Shown: in pieces, positions 57,093-64,000 of the stretch | How the letters are laid out: each line of letters opens with the position of its first letter | Numbering within the stretch: position 1 is the stretch's first letter | From: Rebecca billardiae RCC1528 | Lineage: Eukaryota; Protista; Haptophyta | DNA: 64,000 nucleotides | Reading direction: 5' to 3' | Assembly: GCA_965240325.2 (NCBI GenBank) | Contig: OZ251228.1 | Coordinates: 558,001-622,000 of the forward strand | Notes under the pieces: generated by a model | Told to the model about the DNA's origin: nothing | Seen by the model: the letters and a program-made list of their open reading frames with translations, nothing else | The model's database searches: none | Made by a program: the position numbers and the translations under genes

Positions 57093-58331
57093 ATGAGCTG
57101 GGCGAAGAGGGATCGCCGCGCGTCGCACGAAGCGCACCTTCTGATGCGCGAGCAGGCGAAGCTAGAGAGCCAGGAAAACGCGGCCCACTGGCCCGCGCTG
57201 AGTGAGCACACATGGATGCTCGCACACAAAAGTGCGTGTTCTTTGTTCGCGCGCGCGCGCGTGCGCGTTCGCAGCGGCCGGCGCTTGACAAACGAGGTGG
57301 CGGGCAACATGGCCCACTGCCTGCGGAGCGCCGGCCGTGAGTGCAGGAGCCGGCAGGGCTCGTCAGAGCGCGTTCTGCGGGTGCGTGCGGCACAGTGGTC
57401 GGCCTACGCTGACGCGCCGAACTGCGCGCGCGCGCGTGGCTCGCTGGCCGCCCAGGTATCGCCGCCGATCTGGAGGACACGTCGATCGTACTCGAACGGC
57501 TATCCGCCGCCGAGTACATCGAGGACTGGGAGATCCTCGCCATCAAGAAGTGGTGGAGGCGCGTGACAGAGAACGTGGTCCTGCACGTGAGCGCCTCGTG
57601 CGCGCGCGGGGCGCGTGCGCGCCGCTGCACAGCCGTCTGACGCCGCCGTCCGCGCCGACGCCCGCCCGCCACAGCACCGGCAAGAGGAGGACCTCGTCTT
57701 CCCCAAGCTGAAGGAGCGCATCGACTTCCCGCCCAAGGTCTCGGCCGACCACAAGGAGCTGCTCAAGCTGATGGCGCACGCGGCGACCACCTTCGAGGGG
57801 CTGGGCTCGAGCACGGGGGCGGACGAGTGCCTGGCCGTGGTGGACGAGATCGAGCAGCTGATGCTGCCGCACATGCACGAGGAGGAGGTGACCGTGCTGC
57901 CGGGGATGATGCAAAAGTGCGCGCCCGCGCCCGCCGCTCGCACCCCGCGGCTCCGCTCTCACTCGCGCGCGTGCGCGCGCCGCGGCAGGTTCCTCCCTGC
58001 GGAGATTGTCAAGATCGAGCGCGAGATGGGCAAGGAGTTCGACTGGTTCGACATGCCGCACTTCTACCGGCCGTTCGGCACGGACATCGAGAAGAAGCGG
58101 CAGCACGCCAACCGCTCGTTCGGCAAGCCCGGCTTCGTCTTCGACTATTTCATCGCCAAGGACTTTGAGCGCTATGACGTCGAGTTTGGCTCGCTGATCG
58201 ACGAGCTCAAGGACCCGGGGCGGAAGGAGTTCAACGAGGAGCAGCGCAGCATGTACTACGCCAGGCGGCGCCAGAGCGCCATGTGCGTGCCCGGGCACGC
58301 GACCGTGAACCCCGCGCACCAGGAGCACTAG
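57093..58331 (+). CDS. Hemerythrin (HHE) domain protein; introns 57232-57455, 57587-57674, 57917-57988
   Basis: Splicing gives MLAHK|SIAADL...VLH|HRQEEDLVFP...ADHKEL...PHMHEEE, the H...HxxxE...H...HxxxE di-iron pattern. Confidence 0.8.
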
Positions 58332-58852
58332 GCGGTGGCTGCGACCACGCGGTCCCCGCGTCGGCGCGTCGACCGGTGGTAACACCGGTGGCGGTGCATG
58401 GTGCGTCGAGCGCGCCGAGTCTCGGACAGTACCGAGTACGACGGCTCAAGTGTATGTAGGCCGCGGTGACAGCGCGGCTACTGAGCGCCACCGCCACGCC
58501 GGGTCCCGCCGGGCCTGAGCCGCATGCAGTCATGCAGTCTATGCAGGCTCCACGCCTCAGACCCGGCGTCGTCAGTCCCGCATCGGACCCGCAGTGGCCC
58601 GCGCGGGTCCCGGCGGGCTGCGGGCACTCTTCCGACGGCCGTGCCAGTTACTATAGTTAGTAACCCGATTAGTGAATAATATTACGGCGCGTAGTCCCGC
58701 GGGCGCTAGACTACGGCTGCTTATAGTGCTTATAATTATTATAATATATATATATATTATTAGCTCGCTAGTACCGAGTCCGATCGAGAATATATATATA
58801 TATATATATATATATTCGTAGTGTTATTTATTATTTATGATGATGATATTGA

Positions 58853-61290
58853 TTATTTATTATTATAATAATTATTATACGCGACGCGATAGTTACTCAA
58901 GTTAGCGCTGCGCGCTGCTGAAATTCGTCCACGACCAAATGAGTTGTCCCACAGCCAGCTTGACCAGCTTCCGCACCTTCCCTCGCCGACGCTGTGGGTG
59001 TGGAATTTTGATGCCAACGAAGTTGATGATGTCGGTTCGGATGAACCAGCGCGGCTGATGGCGGTGGCTGGCGTGTCAGTTGATCGCCCACCTCCGCCAG
59101 TCGTGTTTGACTTCGAGCTTCTTGCCGTTGGTCCAGCAGCAGCCGAAACTCTGGCGCGCAGGTCGCTGCTCTCTGCCTCGTCAATGCCGATGTACTCAAT
59201 GTCGAAGGCGCACACAGTGCCCCTTCTTAACTCAGCCTCATCCACGCTCACACCACTCAGCACCTCGGTGTGTTCCACTGATACCAGTTTGCCAGGATGC
59301 AGGCCCCGGAGCGTCGTGGCCTCACAGGTGCAGGAGCCAGAGCACCTGCCGATGGCAGTGCCCATGCCATGGTAGCTTTGCAGGAAGGTCACTGAAATGT
59401 AGTATCCATGCCCTGGCTCGAGCGCAACACTCGTTATTGCGGCTCCAGAGCTGACCATGCCCACGTCCGCAGCTGATGAGCCGAAGGCGGGCGGAGGCAA
59501 AAGCGCAAGGGAGACCTTTGAGCCCGGTTGAAGCGTCTGTAGCCCTGGCTTGTGCTTGCTGTTGGATGTGGGCTCGATTTCTATGAAGTGCCAGCCCCTG
59601 GGGATGGATGAGGCTTCCCTGGAATCTGCAGGGGCAGGGGCGCTTGTGTTGGCAATGATGCGGAGCGGCAAGCCGCCCTGTGCGTCCACAAAGTGCTGGT
59701 CGACCCGGTTCCGGTCTTTGCCCCCATCCAGCATGCGAGCCAAGTCTGCTGTGTAGCACACCAGGGCTGCGCGCGTGTGGAGCCCAGCAGTCAAAGGTGG
59801 TCGCATGATGCCACCGAGAGCGTGCGTTTCTGGCACAGGTTTCTGCCCTCCCCACACTGGCAGCGCTGTCTCTGTCTGTCGAATCGCCCAGGCGACGTGG
59901 CTTCGCCAAAATGCGTCTTGCAGCAGATCCGCGATGAAGCGCTGGCCGCCCACTGCAGGGTGAATCCCATCAGGATAAAGCTGCAGGAGCGCGGACGCGG
60001 TGGCGAATCGGCCTTGAGGCTGCGAGGCTTCGGGCCACAGCCCATCTGCGAGCAGTGCCAGCGAAGGGCGTCACAGTGTCACAGCCATGTGCAGGCCAGT
60101 GGGGTAGGGGGGGGGGGGGGGGGCAGCGTGAGAGCTGCCTGTGCAGGCGCGCTGCGCTTGCGCAGGTAGGGGCGCTGGAGCATGACAGCAACTGGAGAGA
60201 AGAGTAGTGTGGGGCCAGGCCTGGCGGGTGTCCCCTCGTCGCGGGAAATGGGGCTGGGCGCGAGGCAACGGGCTCGGTGCAAGCTCTCCACCCATCCACT
60301 TCGCTTGCGGCCCACACGCATCCCCACAACACAGCTGGTCTCACCTTTGATGGATATGACTGGGAACTCGTAGTAGCGCCCCAACGCGCACGCGAAGGTG
60401 ACGGCGTCAGCGGGCCGGGAGGAGTTGAAATATGTGCTCTGATCGTGAAACGCCCTGCCCAACTTGCCAAAGTGGCTTACCACGAGCAAGAGCACGCCAG
60501 GCTCTTCAGGCTGCCGCTGCAGTGCAACTGCCTCCGACGCCACGCCTAGCGTCCGTCTGGCCAGGGCTGGTCCGTGTGCCGAGTTGGCGTTCATCGCGGA
60601 GACTGTATTGCCCGCTGCAGGTGGGCTCAGGGGCACTCGATATATGGCTCGCAAGACTTCCTCCAGTGGGCCCCCGAAGGCCCCTGTCTCCACGATCCAC
60701 AGATCAACCTCTGCGGGCAGCCAGGAACGGAGGCAATCGGTGTACACACCCAACGTCGATCCGGGGCGGGCTGCGTTGTACATGCGGTTGCCCGGGTGGG
60801 GGAAGGTGGCGTTGAACCACTCAAAAGCCTGGGTGAGGAAGAACGTATGCTTGGCGGTTTTGCTCAAGCCCTTGCGCGTGCCACAGCATGTGGTGCAGTA
60901 GGGCAGCAGCGAATGCGTGCAGCCTCCCCCATGCGCCGTCACCGAGGAACCAATCGCAACTGCCACAATCGGCTGGCCACGCGCCACCTTGGTCCACAGG
61001 CGGGCCCAGCCGCGCGAGGCAGGGGCTGAGTGCACTGCTGCGCGGTCCACCAGAGCGAGGTCCGCCACGACAGGCCTTGGCCGGCGCGGTAAGCGGTGCA
61101 GCTCAAAGGTGTCGGGCGAGCGGTGAGGCTGCGAAGCCACAGCACTGGTGTAGAGCAAGGCGACCATCACTGGACCTACTACGCATGATGCTAACGAGAG
61201 GCGGCTGCTCCCCCCTCTCGCCTGCGAGCCATGGCTCCGCTGAGCGAGTCCTGGATATGCCTTGAGCGAGGCCCCGCCGATCCGCAGCAT
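58853..61290 (-). CDS. SGNH-hydrolase-like type II membrane protein; intron 60046-60344
   Basis: VAIGSSVT (block I), NAARPG (block II) and, after splicing, LYPDGIHP (DxxH, block V). N-terminal hydrophobic anchor. The 3' end is uncertain. Confidence 0.65.
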
Positions 61291-61353
61291 CACCGCGGAA
61301 AGGGCGGCGGCCGTCGCACGTAAAATAGCATCACCGTTTGCCGCCGCCAAGGG

Positions 61354-63671
61354 CCCCTTACGTATTCAGAGAACATCTCTGTGAGAGAACATCTCTGGGC
61401 AAGCCCCGCCAGAGATGTTCTCTGGCCGGCAGCCGCCAGAGATGTTCTTTCACAGAGAACGTTTTCGGAGCGCGCCACTGACCGTCTCGGCGGGCTGCCC
61501 TGCTGGGCTCCGACGACGGCTCCGCTACTCGCGTGCGACGCTCTCCGCCAAGCGCGATACCGGCCCGCCCACCGCGCGTTGAAGCGCGCTGGTGCACGAG
61601 CTCGCATGTTGAGCGCCATGGACGCTCTACGTAGGGCAGCGGCTCGCTCGCTCGCGCCTGTGGTGCCGCGCGTGCACGCGCGCGCGCATGCTCAAGAGCC
61701 GCCGCCCGACAGGGCACATGCACGCACGCGAGAGCACTGCCTTGATGCTGACGAGCGTGGTGGCTCGCATCTCGCAAGACGAGACGATTCCGATGCTTGC
61801 TTTCACCGCCTTGCAGCCCTCTCGCGCGTGGCCGCCACAAGCACCCGCGTGCGCAGCACTGAGCAGCGCGGCGCAACACGTCGCGTGTGCTCTTCGCGCG
61901 CTGCCGTCCATCTCCCGACGCAGAGGGCTCGAGCCTGTGTGCGCGCCTTGCCCTGCAGATGTGCGCATGCTCGCTGAACAGATCCTTGGGGGCGCCGAGC
62001 AGTCTGCGCCCACGCCGCCGACTGATGAGGGCGGTGCAGGTTGGGGGATCAGCTTGAGAGTTGGCCTCGCGCCGCTGCTGCAGAGCCCAAGTCTCCTGAG
62101 ACGCAGCCCTGGCGGCGCTGGCCAGGGGCGCGCACAGCGCGCGCTCGTGCGGCTGTGGATGCGGCCGTGGAGGTCGAAGCCGCATATGCGTAGCCGCGAG
62201 AGAGCGCGCGGCGCCCTCTCACGCGGCGCGCCTCGCTCGCGCCACATTCGCCTCGTCTCAGGCTAGCGCGTACGCGCACGCGTGCGCGAGCGCCAGCCGT
62301 GGGCACTGCCAACTGTCATCAGCTCGCGCGGGCGCGGGCCGCTGTGCGGTCGGCGTGAGCCAGGCGAGCCGCCGGGCAAGGTTGAGAGCTCATCGGTGCT
62401 AAGCAAGTGACCTCGCCTAGCACGAGCTTGCTCAGGGTCCCGTGCGCAAGCTTCGCGCCGCGCTCCTTTCGTATCAGGTGTTCCAAGACTTGTGTGCGCT
62501 GGGCCGCCACATTGTAAGTACTGTAGCACAAGCTGCGTACGCATCGTCACATGACAGCACGGGCGCGGGGGCGCGGGGGTGGGGCGAGCGCGACGATGCG
62601 AGAAGCAGTATACACGTCAAGGGCATCTCAAACTCATCCGATGGCTTGCCCGGCGGCTCGCCTGGCTCACGCCGACCGCACAGCGGCCCGCGCCCGCGCG
62701 AGCTGATGACAGTTGGCTGCGCGCACGGCTGGCGCTCGCGCACGCGTGCGCGTACGCGCTAGCCTGAGACGAGGCGAACGTGGCGCGAGCGAGGCGCGCC
62801 GCGTGAGAGGGCGCCGCGCGCTCTCTCGCGGCTACGCATATGCGGCTTCGACCTCCACGGCCGCATCCACAGCCGCACGAGCGCGCGCTGTGCGCGCCCC
62901 TGGCCAGCGCCGCCAGGGCTGCGTCTCAGGAGACTTGGGCTCTGCAGCAGCGGCGCGAGGCCAACTCTCAAGCTGATCCCCCAACCTGCACCGCCCTCAT
63001 CAGTCGGCGGCGTGGGCGCAGACTGCTCGGCGCCCCCAAGGATCTGTTCAGCGAGCATGCGCACATCTGCAGGGCAAGGCGCGCACACAGGCTCGAGCCC
63101 TCTGCGTCGGGAGATGGACGGCAGCGCGCGAAGAGCACACGCGACGTGTTGCGCCGCGCTGCTCAGTGCTGCGCACGCGGGTGCTTGTGGCGGCCACGCG
63201 CGAGAGGGCTGCAAGGCGGTGAAAGCAAGCATCGGAATCGTCTCGTCTTGCGAGATGCGAGCCACCACGCTCGTCAGCATCAAGGCAGTGCTCTCGCGTG
63301 CGTGCATGTGCCCTGTCGGGCGGCGGCTCTTGAGCATGCGCGCGCGCGTGCACGCGCGGCACCACAGGCGCGAGCGAGCGAGCCGCTGCCCTACGTAGAG
63401 CGTCCATGGCGCTCAACATGCGAGCTCGTGCACCAGCGCGCTTCAACGCGCGGTGGGCGGGCCGGTATCGCGCTTGGCGGAGAGCGTCGCACGCGAGTAG
63501 CGGAGCCGTCGTCGGAGCCCAGCAGGGCAGCCCGCCGAGACGGTCAGTGGCGCGCTCCGAAAACGTTCTCTGTGAAAGAACATCTCTGGCGGCTGCCGGC
63601 CAGAGAACATCTCTGGCGGGGCTTGCCCAGAGATGTTCTCTCACAGAGATGTTCTCTGAATACGTAAGGGG
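61354..63671. mobile_element. Foldback / Mutator-like non-autonomous element (2318 bp): 1027-bp TIRs, 264-bp spacer, 9-bp TSD
   Basis: Arms 61354-62380 and 62645-63671 are near-perfect reverse complements. CGCCAAGGG directly flanks both ends (61345-61353, 63672-63680). Confidence 0.9.
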
Positions 63672-64000
63672 CGCCAAGGGTGGTCGCCGACGCGCGCGAG
63701 TTCCAGAGTGCGAGTGCGCCCGCCCCGTCGCGCGGCCGCCGAGCCAGCCGAGCGTGATTTCATCTCCCGCCGCCCGGTCGCCGAGGCGAGACTTGCACAC
63801 GCGACCACGCCGACGTCGACGGGCCGCGCGCTCAGATGCAGGCGGATAGCACGGCGGTCAAGCTCCTTCGGCGCGCATCTGCGCGAGGCGATGCGCGCGC
63901 CACGCTCCGTCTCGCCGAGCGCATGGCAGCCGGAGACGGCGTCGCGCAGGATGTTCGGGAGGCAAATCGCCTGACCCAGCTCGCCGCCGAGCGCGGGCTG

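Noticed and set aside
57275-57336. Possible extra exon in the hemerythrin gene (GRRLTNEVAGNMAHCLRSAG)
   Set aside because: Its phase is incompatible with the strong donor at 57232, and skipping it gives a better hemerythrin helix.
61358-63667. Mirror-image 275-aa and 192-aa ORFs as duplicated genes or transposase
   Set aside because: They arise from the inverted arms; no DDE, zinc-finger or other motif was recognised.
63672-63800. Reading frame continuing across the empty insertion site into the SGNH gene
   Set aside because: The frame is open but has no ATG before an upstream TGA, so the insertion is more likely in the 5' UTR/promoter than in the CDS.

Overview
GC-rich, gene-dense eukaryotic nuclear DNA with short spliceosomal introns (mostly GTGCG...CAG, three GC-AG). 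It encodes flagellar proteins and a violaxanthin de-epoxidase with signal plus transit peptide, so the source is a flagellated alga with a complex plastid (a haptophyte such as the Pavlovales is my inference, not verified). About 23 genes are supported. Recognisable ones are DRC8/EFCAB2, an RSP7-like RIIa+EF-hand protein, M17 leucyl aminopeptidase, ARFRP1, a MYND protein, Ku80, VDE, ABCF, SNF1/AMPK-alpha, a TPR+2OG-Fe(II) oxygenase, an EDR1-kinase-ARM protein, a LOG-family protein, an ATM1-like ABCB transporter and a hemerythrin protein. There is also a set of putative glycan-modifying enzymes: 2 SGNH, 2 FkbM-like, GT90, a GT-A-like protein and a GT + double-sulfotransferase fusion. Many genes sit in tight head-to-head pairs. 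Three non-autonomous TIR elements are visible directly in the DNA: a 2.3-kb foldback with 1027-bp arms and a 9-bp TSD, a 1.9-kb TA-flanked mariner-like element with 36-bp TIRs, and a 0.9-kb MITE-like element. An XPG/EXO1 pseudogene fragment is present. No rRNA, tRNA or CRISPR was seen. Protein calls rest on motif recognition by eye, and introns were placed manually.
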